Part shown: in pieces, positions 1 to 8,226 of the stretch
Layout of the letters: each line of letters starts with the position of its first letter
Position numbering within the stretch: the stretch's first letter is position 1
Source: a virus
Reading direction: 5' to 3' (one strand)
Virus genome (UHGV): UHGV-0388930
DNA length: 41,223 nt
Position numbers and translations under genes: made by a program
The notes under the pieces: model-generated
What the model was told of the DNA's origin: nothing
The model's input: only the letters and a program-made list of their open reading frames with translations
Databases searched by the model: none

Positions 1-21
1 AAACTTCCTGTAATCTTTATT
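1..21. repeat. Left copy of a 21-bp perfect inverted terminal repeat (aaacttcctgtaatctttatt); partner at 41203-41223
   Basis: Reverse complement of 41203-41223 equals 1-21 exactly; match breaks at position 22. Confidence 0.9.
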
Positions 22-100
22 ATCGAAGCAATAAGAAAATAGTTACCCCAAACCCCATAGGGTTTAGAGCATTATATCAGAAAAGGAGTGTGAAAACAAC

Positions 101-445
101 ATGAAAGCATTAGTAATCTATGATTCCACAGGCCGTATATGGTCCATCATCTATGGAGAGGAGACAGTGCCACAGGGGCTGCAGTGCATGTGGGTGGATA
201 TTCCAGACGGAGCCACCCTGGAGCGCATTGACGTGACGGATGCCGCCAAACCACAACCGGTGTACAGCTATCTACCGGAGTCCGATATCGGGCGCCTGCA
301 GAAGCAGGTGACCCAACTGACAGAAGAACTGAACGCCGCACAGCTGGCGCTCACGGAGCAGTATAAGGCCAACCTCGCACTGCAGGAGGAAGTGACCAAT
401 ACCCAACTGGCACTTGCGGAAATCTACGAAGGAATGGGGGTGTGA
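101..445 (+). CDS. Hypothetical phage protein with C-terminal coiled coil (heptad LxxLxxE repeats); sits just before the lysis cassette
   Basis: 114-aa ORF with AGGAG 8 nt upstream; codon usage like neighbours. Confidence 0.5.
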   Translation: MKALVIYDSTGRIWSIIYGEETVPQGLQCMWVDIPDGATLERIDVTDAAKPQPVYSYLPESDIGRLQKQVTQLTEELNAAQLALTEQYKANLALQEEVTNTQLALAEIYEGMGV

Positions 446-448
446 AAG

Positions 449-550
449 ATGGCTAAGGTATATGCGGACTTAATCCGGAAGGGATTAAGGACAATCGAAC
501 AGGTTCCGGAAAGAATCAGGGCGGAGGTCGAAGCGGTTCTGACTGCTTAA
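449..550 (+). CDS. 33-aa small conserved phage protein of the kind found between tail-fiber and holin genes (XkdX-like, tentative)
   Basis: ATG 4 nt after the upstream stop; sequence MAKVYADLIRKGLRTIEQVPERIRAEVEAVLTA; family assignment from memory only. Confidence 0.35.
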   Translation: MAKVYADLIRKGLRTIEQVPERIRAEVEAVLTA

Positions 551-582
551 GCTTATCCCAAGGAAAGGTGAGGTATTAAAAT

Positions 583-816
583 GTGAATGAGGAACTGTTA
601 AAGGAAAAACTGGACACCCATGAGAAGCGTATCAACAACCATGCGGACCGGCTGGACCGGTTAGAGATACATGAGGCGGCCCGGGATGTGAAGATTGATA
701 ACCTGTGTGACAAGCTGGAGAAGCAGACAAGGAGCATATACGGACTGATTGGCATGGTGGCCACATCCCTGATAGGCTTCTTTTTTTATGCCATCCAGCA
801 GGGATTATTCCATTAA
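583..816 (+). CDS. XhlA-like holin-associated membrane protein (N-terminal coiled coil, single C-terminal TM)
   Basis: GTG start with AAGGAAAGGTGAGG RBS; coiled-coil N-terminus and hydrophobic C-terminus MVATSLIGFFFYAI typical of the XhlA hemolysin family of Firmicutes prophages. Confidence 0.55.
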   Translation: MNEELLKEKLDTHEKRINNHADRLDRLEIHEAARDVKIDNLCDKLEKQTRSIYGLIGMVATSLIGFFFYAIQQGLFH

Positions 817-833
817 GAAAGAGAGGTAGGACT

Positions 834-1070
834 ATGTTTAGGAATTGTGTATTTAAAGCAGATGTGGATACGGTGCAGTGGGCCAGGGCGGCGGCCAGGA
901 GGGCGGTCAAGACAGTAGCCCAGACATTTATAGCCACAATCGGCGCGGCAACGGTAATGGGTGAGGTTAACTGGCCCATGGTGGCATCCGCATCCGTACT
1001 GGCGGGTATCCTGTCCATGGCGACATCCATAGCCGGTCTGCCGGAATTGGACACCAAGACCGGCGCCTGA
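834..1070 (+). CDS. Holin (small, hydrophobic helices, charged C-terminus)
   Basis: 78 aa, GAGGTAGG RBS, TM segments TFIATIGAATVMG and ASASVLAGILSMATSIAG; position immediately upstream of the endolysin. Confidence 0.6.
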   Translation: MFRNCVFKADVDTVQWARAAARRAVKTVAQTFIATIGAATVMGEVNWPMVASASVLAGILSMATSIAGLPELDTKTGA

Positions 1071-1154
1071 GAGGAGGTGATTCGTATATCTCCCCGCCGC
1101 CAGGGTCATGGCGGCAGCAACCATCAACCAAACCAAGAAAGAGAGGACAAGACT

Positions 1155-1406
1155 ATGGCAGTATTGAAAGGACACGCTGACAAGAGGACAGCAGAGCAGA
1201 GGGCAAATGATGTGGCACAGAAGGCAAGACCGAAGGGCGCCCAGGATAAGGCAACCGTAAGTACCGGCCCAACTACCGGAAAGGCGGATGAGAGGAAGGA
1301 TAAGCCGGCGGCGCCTGCACCAGAGGACGTGCCTGTGACAGTGGTACCATCCAAGCCGGAAGGCGGGATTACAGGTGATGCTGACCATGGACCGGGGGTA
1401 CAGTAA
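1155..1406 (+). CDS. Low-complexity basic/Pro-rich hypothetical protein
   Basis: ATG with AGAGAGG RBS; in-frame internal start of the 1077-1406 ORF. Confidence 0.35.
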   Translation: MAVLKGHADKRTAEQRANDVAQKARPKGAQDKATVSTGPTTGKADERKDKPAAPAPEDVPVTVVPSKPEGGITGDADHGPGVQ

Positions 1407-1420
1407 TTGCGATATCGCAA
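1407..1420. promoter_or_regulatory. 14-bp perfect palindrome TTGCGATATCGCAA in the gap upstream of the endolysin gene; same palindrome recurs upstream of the integrase
   Basis: Read directly; second copy at 5556-5571. Confidence 0.35.
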
Positions 1421-1486
1421 CATTTGCACCGATACAACTATTGGCCTGGGGATGTCCCTGGGCCTTATTTTGAGTGGAGGCGTGAT

Positions 1487-2329
1487 ATGACAGCATTATT
1501 AAGGAGACAGGCTGTAATTGATAAGTACGCAGAGATTATAGGCCGCAACATATACAGCCAGTCCCTGAGGGACTACTGCTACGTACGGTATAAGGATGGC
1601 AACTATTACAGTGACTGCAGCAGCTCCATCTGCTATGCCTACAAGGAGGCGGGCCAGGGCTTCGGCATCACCAACACGGCTGGGATGTATAACTCTGCCA
1701 AGCTGACCATGGTGGATGCGGACATAGACCAGGGCATCCCGGATACGTCCAGGCTCCGGCCCGGGGACATGCTGCTGTTTGCCGGTACGGATGCAAGCCG
1801 TCCCCTGCGGATAGGCCATGTGGAGATGTACTGCGGCAACGGCATCATCTGTGGCCACGGTTCCGGCAGGCCATCCTATAAGGACCTGGTGGCCTACTGT
1901 AAGAGCCGGTACAACTCCTGGGCATCAGGAGGATGGCGTAAGGGGCTGGTATGTGTACGCAGATACATACAGGATGATGTGACCTCGGAGCCGGAACAGC
2001 CAAAGAAGTCCGGTTGGCAGGATAACACAGATGGATCCCGAAGCTTTTTCTTGGGCAACACCGGGGAGCCGATCCGCAACAGCTGGTACCTGGACACGGA
2101 TGGCAAGTGGTACTGGTTTGACGGCGCAGGACACATGGTCACCAATACCTGGTATCAGTACAAGGGTGACTGGTATTACCTGGGCGCGGACGGGGCTATG
2201 GTCCAGGGACTGCAGGCCGGTGGAGGCAACTACTATTACCTGATGCCGGACGGTAAGATGGCCACGGAGCCAGTGACACTGACGCCGGATAAGGACGGGG
2301 CGTTGCGGTGGTTGGGATTGGACGAATAA
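1487..2329 (+). CDS. Endolysin: N-terminal NlpC/P60- or CHAP-type cysteine peptidase domain plus C-terminal choline-binding-like cell-wall-binding repeats
   Basis: ATG with GGAGG RBS (the longer ORF listed from 1424 begins with TTG and lacks an RBS); conserved Cys (DCSSSICYAYK) and His (IGHVEMY); aromatic repeats WYWFDGAGHMVTNTWYQYKGDWYYLGADGAMVQG. Confidence 0.75.
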   Translation: MTALLRRQAVIDKYAEIIGRNIYSQSLRDYCYVRYKDGNYYSDCSSSICYAYKEAGQGFGITNTAGMYNSAKLTMVDADIDQGIPDTSRLRPGDMLLFAGTDASRPLRIGHVEMYCGNGIICGHGSGRPSYKDLVAYCKSRYNSWASGGWRKGLVCVRRYIQDDVTSEPEQPKKSGWQDNTDGSRSFFLGNTGEPIRNSWYLDTDGKWYWFDGAGHMVTNTWYQYKGDWYYLGADGAMVQGLQAGGGNYYYLMPDGKMATEPVTLTPDKDGALRWLGLDE

Positions 2330-2390
2330 AACAAGCAGGAGTGGTCGTTTAAAACCAGTCCTGCTTATATAGAAATAATTATTTGATTAC

Positions 2391-3002
2391 TTATCTTAAA
2401 TACTTTAACAGCTGAATTAAATACTCCCCATCCAGGTTAGTTTCGTCCCAATCTAACGTTCTTCTTCCAAAAGGCGTAAAACCATTATTCTTATAGAAAA
2501 ATAAAAGCTTTTCCTTCTCTTCACATTCTAAGTAAACAAATCTTCCACCGATTTCATTTTGTATTTCTCTCACCTTGTTTGTAGCCATTTGGAGTAAATC
2601 GCTTCCAGAAATGAGGTAATTGTTTCCATCTGCATAATTCTTTCCTAGCTGCGCTATTAATGGGGCGGGAACCACATACTCTCGTGTTTCCGGTCTAAAT
2701 GTTCCATGCCTCCCCATTTTTTTAGCCATTGTATTGCTGATTGAATCTTTGCGAACACAAATGTTTTTTTGCGAAACAGTATAATATCCTACCCAGTATT
2801 TTTCCTTTTCGTCATCGGATTTCCAATATACTAAGGTTGTCCGCGATAAATATTGCTTGGAAAACTCAATTGCCCTATATCTTATGAATGATTCTACATC
2901 TTTGTTTTTTGAACACACAAAAGAGGAGAGAATAGATTTCGTCTCATTCTCTCCCAATTCAGATATCATATCATTTAATTTAATCTGAATAAACTCTGCC
3001 AT
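2391..3002 (-). CDS. GNAT-fold acetyltransferase-like protein; possible toxin of a two-gene module in an AT-rich moron
   Basis: C-terminal RFVYLECEEKEKLLFFYKNNGFTPFG resembles GNAT motif B (FYxKxGF); canonical motif A not recognisable; AT-rich compared with flanks. Confidence 0.4.
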   Translation of the reverse strand: MAEFIQIKLNDMISELGENETKSILSSFVCSKNKDVESFIRYRAIEFSKQYLSRTTLVYWKSDDEKEKYWVGYYTVSQKNICVRKDSISNTMAKKMGRHGTFRPETREYVVPAPLIAQLGKNYADGNNYLISGSDLLQMATNKVREIQNEIGGRFVYLECEEKEKLLFFYKNNGFTPFGRRTLDWDETNLDGEYLIQLLKYLR

Positions 3003-3004
3003 AA

Positions 3005-3178
3005 TTATTGTCTACCAAAGAATTCTTTGATTTTATCTCCTGTTATTTCTGAGCATTTTCTACTGATTGGTGCTTGCTCATGTTTTGTGTTTACTGCATT
3101 ATCCAGTGCATCTAAAAATGTATGAGCAAGGCGCCGTTCTTTGATGGATACATCCTTAAGAATGCTTTTCGTTGCCAT
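3005..3178 (-). CDS. Small partner protein translationally coupled to the GNAT-like gene (candidate antitoxin/regulator)
   Basis: ATG with AGGAGG RBS; stop lies 2 nt before the downstream ATG on the - strand; no family recognised. Confidence 0.4.
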   Translation of the reverse strand: MATKSILKDVSIKERRLAHTFLDALDNAVNTKHEQAPISRKCSEITGDKIKEFFGRQ

Positions 3179-3554
3179 ACGTATCACCTCCTAAATATCG
3201 CTGGCACTTTATCTTATGTAAGACAGCACTGACCCGTGCGTATCTTTACTTCATAATACGCAACTATATGTAACTTTATTATAACCCATTTTTTATTAAA
3301 ATCAATAAGAAAGTGAAAAATAATTCACCATTTCGTGTAATTGGGAAAAACTACATTTTATGACATATTTGTATAAGTATCGACAATTATCTTGTTAATA
3401 TCAATTTATAGAAAAAAACCGCCGGCGAGGCCTTCCTGCTCTGTCCAGTCAAGGGCAGCGACGAGGGCAAGTGTATGATTACGGATGCCAGGGGCGTGTT
3501 AAGGATTGCGGAGGAGTATGATATGGACAGGCGGAGATATGTGTTTGAGTGGTA

Positions 3555-3610
3555 ACACTGACGCCCGATAAGGATGGGGCGTTGCGATGGCCTGGGCTGG
3601 CAGGATAAAA
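3555..3610 (+). pseudogene. Degenerate second copy of the endolysin 3' end (encodes TLTPDKDGALRW... then stop), fused to an unrelated reading frame
   Basis: 3555-3590 matches 2276-2311 at 33/36 nt; no upstream lysin body. Confidence 0.55.
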
Positions 3611-3623
3611 AAAGCGGCGGGGA

Positions 3624-3833
3624 TTATTGGTCCTCGCCGTTGTAGTGTGTGGCTATATCCTCGATGTCACAATCTAAAATATTACATAGGGTATCAATGG
3701 TGTTCATATTCACCCCTTGGTTGTTACGCAATCTATATAATAAGGACTTGCTTATATGGTAATCCTTTACCAGCATATACTGGGTAATGCCCTTTTCCTT
3801 CATGGTCACCCATAGCTTATCGTATTTTATCAT
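3624..3833 (-). CDS. XRE-family helix-turn-helix transcriptional regulator (Cro/C1-type)
   Basis: 69 aa; HTH signature GITQYMLVKDYHISKSLLYRLRNN; AAAGGTGA RBS. Confidence 0.7.
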   Translation of the reverse strand: MIKYDKLWVTMKEKGITQYMLVKDYHISKSLLYRLRNNQGVNMNTIDTLCNILDCDIEDIATHYNGEDQ

Positions 3834-3956
3834 GTTATCACCTTTGGCTTTTCATAATCCAATTATAGATGCAGGATTAATATAACCATAGGTTCTGTTT
3901 TTAGACCCTCAAATGTGATATTATGTATTTAAAAGATAAGGGAAGGATGGGATGAT

Positions 3957-4106
3957 ATGAAAAAACCAAATGGGCCTGATAACGAGGAGTTGCTGAAGGA
4001 GTTTGAGTGGGCCAAAGACCACATCCCGGATGGCGAGGTGCCGCAACCGGCGCCAGATGAGTTTGAGAAGGTGTGGAAACGGATTCAGGATGGACATGGA
4101 AAGTAA
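3957..4106 (+). CDS. 49-aa hypothetical acidic protein, divergent from the XRE gene (not in the supplied ORF track because it is under 60 aa)
   Basis: ATG preceded by AAGGGAAGGATGGG; open for 49 codons. Confidence 0.3.
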   Translation: MKKPNGPDNEELLKEFEWAKDHIPDGEVPQPAPDEFEKVWKRIQDGHGK

Positions 4107-4149
4107 GGAAAAGGCGGGAACCGGATTGACCGGACCCGCCAATTTCATA

Positions 4150-4400
4150 CTATTTCATACCTATATATGCCGCCCTATTAGACACAGTAAAGTCACAAAT
4201 GCACTGAGAAACCTTGTAAAACCGTACTTTTTAGGCCATAAATATTAACGACACTTTAATACGGAGTGGTTTCCAGAATGGTAGGATTTATATAAGATAT
4301 GGGGTGAAAATGGTAGGTTTTATGCGGGTTTGCGGCATTTTTGAAACTTCCGGTTCCTACTGCTTTCTACCACGTTATTAGGGTTTATTGGTCACAATAA
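4150..4400. other. Putative phage attachment (attP/attL-like) region next to the integrase; carries several direct repeats
   Basis: Non-coding; direct repeats TAAAGTCACAAAT (4188-4200, 4399-4411), AATGGTAGGWTTTAT (4279-4293, 4309-4323), TTTCATAC x2; immediately beside the integrase 3' end. Confidence 0.35.
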
Positions 4401-4402
4401 AG

Positions 4403-5539
4403 TCACAAATCAACGGTTATTTTTTCTATCTCTTTTTTCAGGTCTTCCATGTCGCGGTGGCCGTAGACCTTGTTGGTGATGTCGGCTTTGAATGAGTGTC
4501 CCATCATCCGTTTACGGTCGTTTTCTTTTACCTCATATTTTTCGCACAACATGGAGAATGTATGCCGGCAGTCATGTGGTGTATGCTTGGGGTCACCTGG
4601 GATTCCGAGCCGGTTCAGTAGTTCCTTCATTTGTTTCCTGAAATCCTTGTCGCTGCACGGAAGGAGCTTTCCATACTTTCCCATCCGGCGCCCGACCAAA
4701 GGGAGAATTGCAGAATGGATAGGAACGATACGCCCCTTACCAGCTTCCGTTTTCATTCCACCCATAAAATACTTTTCCGGCAGATTGACTTCAAGGCCAA
4801 TGTATTCTGATATACGCCACCCGGAATAGCACATAATGAGAAGCATCTCTGCAGTTTCGTCTGTTTTGTTATCCCACAGGATTTTCAGGTCTGCGTCTGA
4901 GAAGGGCACACCATGTTCGTCATCGTCATCCCTTTTGATTTTAACATACTGACTATAGTCCTTATCGCACCACCCTTGACTGTCAGCATATTTATACATC
5001 TGCCTGTACAGATTCCTGATAAGTTCCAGGCTGGCATATTTTAGACCACAGGCATCCAGGTTATCCTGCAGGTCCTTTGTACGGAGTGCAGAAAACACTT
5101 TACCGTAGAGGGATGCACAGTTCTTATAAGCGGCCTTGATTGAATATTTAGTTGCCGCAGAGTATTTATTGCCTTCTGCAAATTTATCGGCATAGAATGC
5201 ATCGTAGACCGCTGAGAAGGTCTTCTCAGGTTCCTCAGGTTCGATTCCCTTGACACGGTTGTAATCGGCCATGATTTTTCCTGCCAGGGAATCAAGGGTA
5301 TTGGGGGTATTAGGCAGATTCAGGGCGGCCTCCATACCTGGGGTATAGGTACCTGCCTTGTAGGATGTGAGGATTATGAAACCCTTCATCCAGTCATCCA
5401 CGTAACAGAGGGCCGGAGGCCGGTTCCCGTCAATGTCTGCCGGCGGGTGGACCGCATAGGGGTTCTTCCGGCTCTTGCCAAGGTATCGGATGGAGCCGTA
5501 GCCGTTGGGGAGCCTGGGATGTTTCTTTCGTTTTGGCAT
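4403..5539 (-). CDS. int: Tyrosine recombinase / phage integrase
   Basis: 378 aa; C-terminal catalytic signature HDCRHTF ... GH ... VYGH (R-H-R-Y family); PKRKK...NGYGSIRYL N-terminus. Confidence 0.9.
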   Translation of the reverse strand: MPKRKKHPRLPNGYGSIRYLGKSRKNPYAVHPPADIDGNRPPALCYVDDWMKGFIILTSYKAGTYTPGMEAALNLPNTPNTLDSLAGKIMADYNRVKGIEPEEPEKTFSAVYDAFYADKFAEGNKYSAATKYSIKAAYKNCASLYGKVFSALRTKDLQDNLDACGLKYASLELIRNLYRQMYKYADSQGWCDKDYSQYVKIKRDDDDEHGVPFSDADLKILWDNKTDETAEMLLIMCYSGWRISEYIGLEVNLPEKYFMGGMKTEAGKGRIVPIHSAILPLVGRRMGKYGKLLPCSDKDFRKQMKELLNRLGIPGDPKHTPHDCRHTFSMLCEKYEVKENDRKRMMGHSFKADITNKVYGHRDMEDLKKEIEKITVDL

Positions 5540-5555
5540 GATATCATTCCTTCCC

Positions 5556-5571
5556 GTTGCGATATCGCAAC
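5556..5571. promoter_or_regulatory. 16-bp perfect palindrome GTTGCGATATCGCAAC 17-32 nt upstream of the integrase start; adjacent 10-bp palindrome ATGATATCAT (5538-5547) overlaps the int start codon
   Basis: Read directly; core shared with 1407-1420. Confidence 0.35.
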
Positions 5572-5847
5572 TGATTTTGGGTATAAAAAATACGCCCTCT
5601 TGCCAGGACGCCCCAGGAATGATATAATTCAGATGTTAGTTGATTATATCGTGCCGGAGCAGTCCGGTAAGAGAATCTATGTGAGGGCGGCTCCTGCTGG
5701 TAACAGGGCCGCTTTCACATTTGACAATTTCCGTATATTTGGTATAATATACTTAACAAGACAGCCGGGAGATAGATTAAGCCTATCCGTCCTGGCGAAT
5801 TATAACAACTTTAGTAAGTCGCCCATCCGGCCAAGGAGCAGGGCGGC

Positions 5848-5928
5848 TTACTTATTTTTCATGTTCAGAATTGCAACGATTAACAAGGCAACGCCTAATA
5901 TAATCTGAAATTCCTCATATGTACTCAT
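5848..5928 (-). CDS. 26-aa hydrophobic peptide MSTYEEFQIILGVALLIVAILNMKNK; resembles Firmicutes holin-like toxin (Hol-Tox) / type I toxin peptides
   Basis: ATG with GGAAGGATGG RBS 7 nt upstream; single TM helix then KNK tail; not in the ORF track (under 60 aa). Confidence 0.35.
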   Translation of the reverse strand: MSTYEEFQIILGVALLIVAILNMKNK

Positions 5929-6077
5929 AAGCAACCATCCTTCCTGTCAAGACTCAGAACGAATGGCACGCACGCCCTCCCGGCTGCCCGGGTAAGGATA
6001 TTATTGTCAAGGTGGTGGCCCCAGGAGCGTGGGAGTTGGTAGCTCCTGGGGGATTTTTGCTATGTATGGAGATTTAG

Positions 6078-6959
6078 TTATTCTGTCGCGGCCTCAGACT
6101 CAGGTGCTATAATTTGCATTGCCTCGTCATCACTAAATCCAGATGCTGTTAAAAATTCTAAGCGTGCACCAACAACTAGTATTGCATAATTAGTTGAGTT
6201 TTCTATGCCTGCTTTTGCATCAGATAAATCTTGGATTTTTTGTTTATCTACATATTTTTTCGTTGAGGATGCAATGGATTGCATATTGAGAATATAATCT
6301 TTAGCCGCCTTCTTATATTCCTTTATACCATCACATTTAACAGAATCAATATTGCCCCAATATATTCTAAAATTATTTTCAGCAGTCTTAGCTGCATCAT
6401 ATAAGTCTACCATAGATACGCCATCAGTACTTATTATTTTGGTAAGAGTTTGATAATCTGCTTCTGCAGACATTATTATATCGTAAATCTGCTTATCTGC
6501 TTCGGTAGCAGCGTCACGATTGTCGACAACCGTAGTTTCAGTTTCTTTTTCGGTTTCAATCGGTTGAGAATCGGTTATATTATTTACTTCAGTTTTTTGG
6601 GAAACAGAAGATACGTTTTTTTCGGTAGAGGAATTACCGCCGTTAGTTATTGCAATTATAACACCAAATGCGAAAAGTACAGTAAGTATAATTCGCACAG
6701 GTTTATTGAATTTTTTATATTTCCACATGAGAAACAAACCAACAGGAAAACAACAACAAAACATCATTAATACGATAAACCAGGTTTGCGAATAAACCGG
6801 TGGTTTAATTGTTGGGGTTTCAGCTCCATTAACATCCAATCTAACTGATGAAGGTTTTTGTGCAGATTCTTCTGTAGACGTAGACGCTATCGGTTCTCCA
6901 CATTTTGGACAGAATTTTCCCTCAAATTGAAACCCGCATTTTCTACAATACATAATCAT
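6078..6959 (-). CDS. Membrane protein with N-terminal zinc ribbon (CRKCG...CPKCG), two TM helices and a ~200-aa extracytoplasmic domain; in the lysogeny operon
   Basis: 293 aa; CxxC pairs; hydrophobic WFIVLMMFCCCFPVGLFLMW and ILTVLFAFGVIIAI; AT-rich. Confidence 0.55.
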   Translation of the reverse strand: MIMYCRKCGFQFEGKFCPKCGEPIASTSTEESAQKPSSVRLDVNGAETPTIKPPVYSQTWFIVLMMFCCCFPVGLFLMWKYKKFNKPVRIILTVLFAFGVIIAITNGGNSSTEKNVSSVSQKTEVNNITDSQPIETEKETETTVVDNRDAATEADKQIYDIIMSAEADYQTLTKIISTDGVSMVDLYDAAKTAENNFRIYWGNIDSVKCDGIKEYKKAAKDYILNMQSIASSTKKYVDKQKIQDLSDAKAGIENSTNYAILVVGARLEFLTASGFSDDEAMQIIAPESEAATE

Positions 6960-6966
6960 ATCCTCC

Positions 6967-7497
6967 CTACATTTTGAATTTTTTACCGCATTTTAAACAG
7001 GTAACCTGTACCTTTTTTGCCCCAATATTACCAGCAACTAAGCCGAGTGGCCCAACTAATGCAGCACCAACAACAGCTTTTCCAATACCAAAGCCTTTTT
7101 TATTTCCTGATAATGATGTAGAACCGCAACGAGGACATCTGGCCATTGACGAATACTGTTGTTGCTGAAGCTGGAGTTGTTCTTGCTGCGCTTTTAAAGC
7201 CATGGCTTGCATTTTTATTTGTGCTTGCTGTAATTGAAGTTCACTTTGCTCTTTCATATTCGTTAGTGCTGTTTGAGAAAGCGGAGTGCGGCAATTGGAG
7301 CAAAAATTAGAATCCGTTGAATTATATGCTCCACAATTAGGACATACGATAGTATCTGACGGAATGACTTCGGCGGGAGAAGATTCTATACGCTTACCGC
7401 ACGATGAACAGAAGATACTATCATCAGGAATTTCTGCATTGCAGTGTGGACAAATCATACTCATATTCCTCTTTTCATTTGTTTTATTAAAAAGCAA
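6967..7497 (-). CDS. Multi-zinc-ribbon protein (four CxxC...CxxC units), Q-rich coiled coil and Gly-rich hydrophobic segment
   Basis: 176 aa; CPHC/CSSC, CPNC/CSNC, CPRC, CLKC motifs. Confidence 0.55.
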   Translation of the reverse strand: MLFNKTNEKRNMSMICPHCNAEIPDDSIFCSSCGKRIESSPAEVIPSDTIVCPNCGAYNSTDSNFCSNCRTPLSQTALTNMKEQSELQLQQAQIKMQAMALKAQQEQLQLQQQQYSSMARCPRCGSTSLSGNKKGFGIGKAVVGAALVGPLGLVAGNIGAKKVQVTCLKCGKKFKM

Positions 7498-7510
7498 TAA
7501 GCTATTTTAA

Positions 7511-8212
7511 TCATAAGTCATTCCCATAGAGCCACTTATCCTCTGCGAGTCTAAAGCCACAATCTTTGCGCCATCTACTTAAGAATTTCATGAAATCGGA
7601 ATGCTCATTGGTTTCCTCGTAATCCTCATCCACATAGCATTCCTTGGCTGGTTGGACAATACCTTGCCGGATTGGTACGAGTTCTATTTCTGGGAAAAAG
7701 ATATGCTCAAGCTGTAGCTCCGGTTTTGTGGGCTTTCCAGTCGCACTGTAGGAGATGTTGCGGAACCATTCCTTGTAGGATATCAAGGCTTTGTTCGAAG
7801 CCTTATAGGACAGGCCGAAAGCATCGTGCAGTTGTTCCGCGTCCCGGTAGCCGTATTTATGTATCATGATACGCGGCGCCAGAAAGTGACTGGCAAAGTC
7901 ATCAGCCTCATCATCGTTTTCTTTTGTATCTCCAACATGCCCCAATAGTATGTGACCAACTTCGTGCATTAACGTAAAACGTTGGCGATAAATATATGGG
8001 AAAGCATCATTGTAATAAATTTTCCCCTTTAATTTAAATGCATCATCACTTACCCTGTAACATTCCCGTTCCTTTTTGGCGGATAACTCAGAATACTTAA
8101 ACAGGGGAATCTTTAATCTTTTTATGACTTCTATACAGTCAATAGGAAAACTTCTGATGCCGCATATTTCATACGCATCTAAGATAACGCGGAAAAAGTC
8201 GTATTGTTCCAA
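7511..8212 (-). CDS. immA: ImmA/IrrE-family metallopeptidase (anti-repressor protease of the ImmR/ImmA pair)
   Basis: HEXXH in LMHEVGHILLGH plus downstream acidic residues; directly downstream of the XRE repressor gene. Confidence 0.8.
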   Translation of the reverse strand: MEQYDFFRVILDAYEICGIRSFPIDCIEVIKRLKIPLFKYSELSAKKERECYRVSDDAFKLKGKIYYNDAFPYIYRQRFTLMHEVGHILLGHVGDTKENDDEADDFASHFLAPRIMIHKYGYRDAEQLHDAFGLSYKASNKALISYKEWFRNISYSATGKPTKPELQLEHIFFPEIELVPIRQGIVQPAKECYVDEDYEETNEHSDFMKFLSRWRKDCGFRLAEDKWLYGNDL

Positions 8213-8226
8213 ACAAAACCACTCCT

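Noticed and set aside
5447-5908. 153-aa + strand ORF overlapping the integrase 5' end and the int upstream region
   Set aside because: It has no RBS and overlaps the well-supported integrase start. The region is better explained as int promoter plus the small - strand peptide gene.
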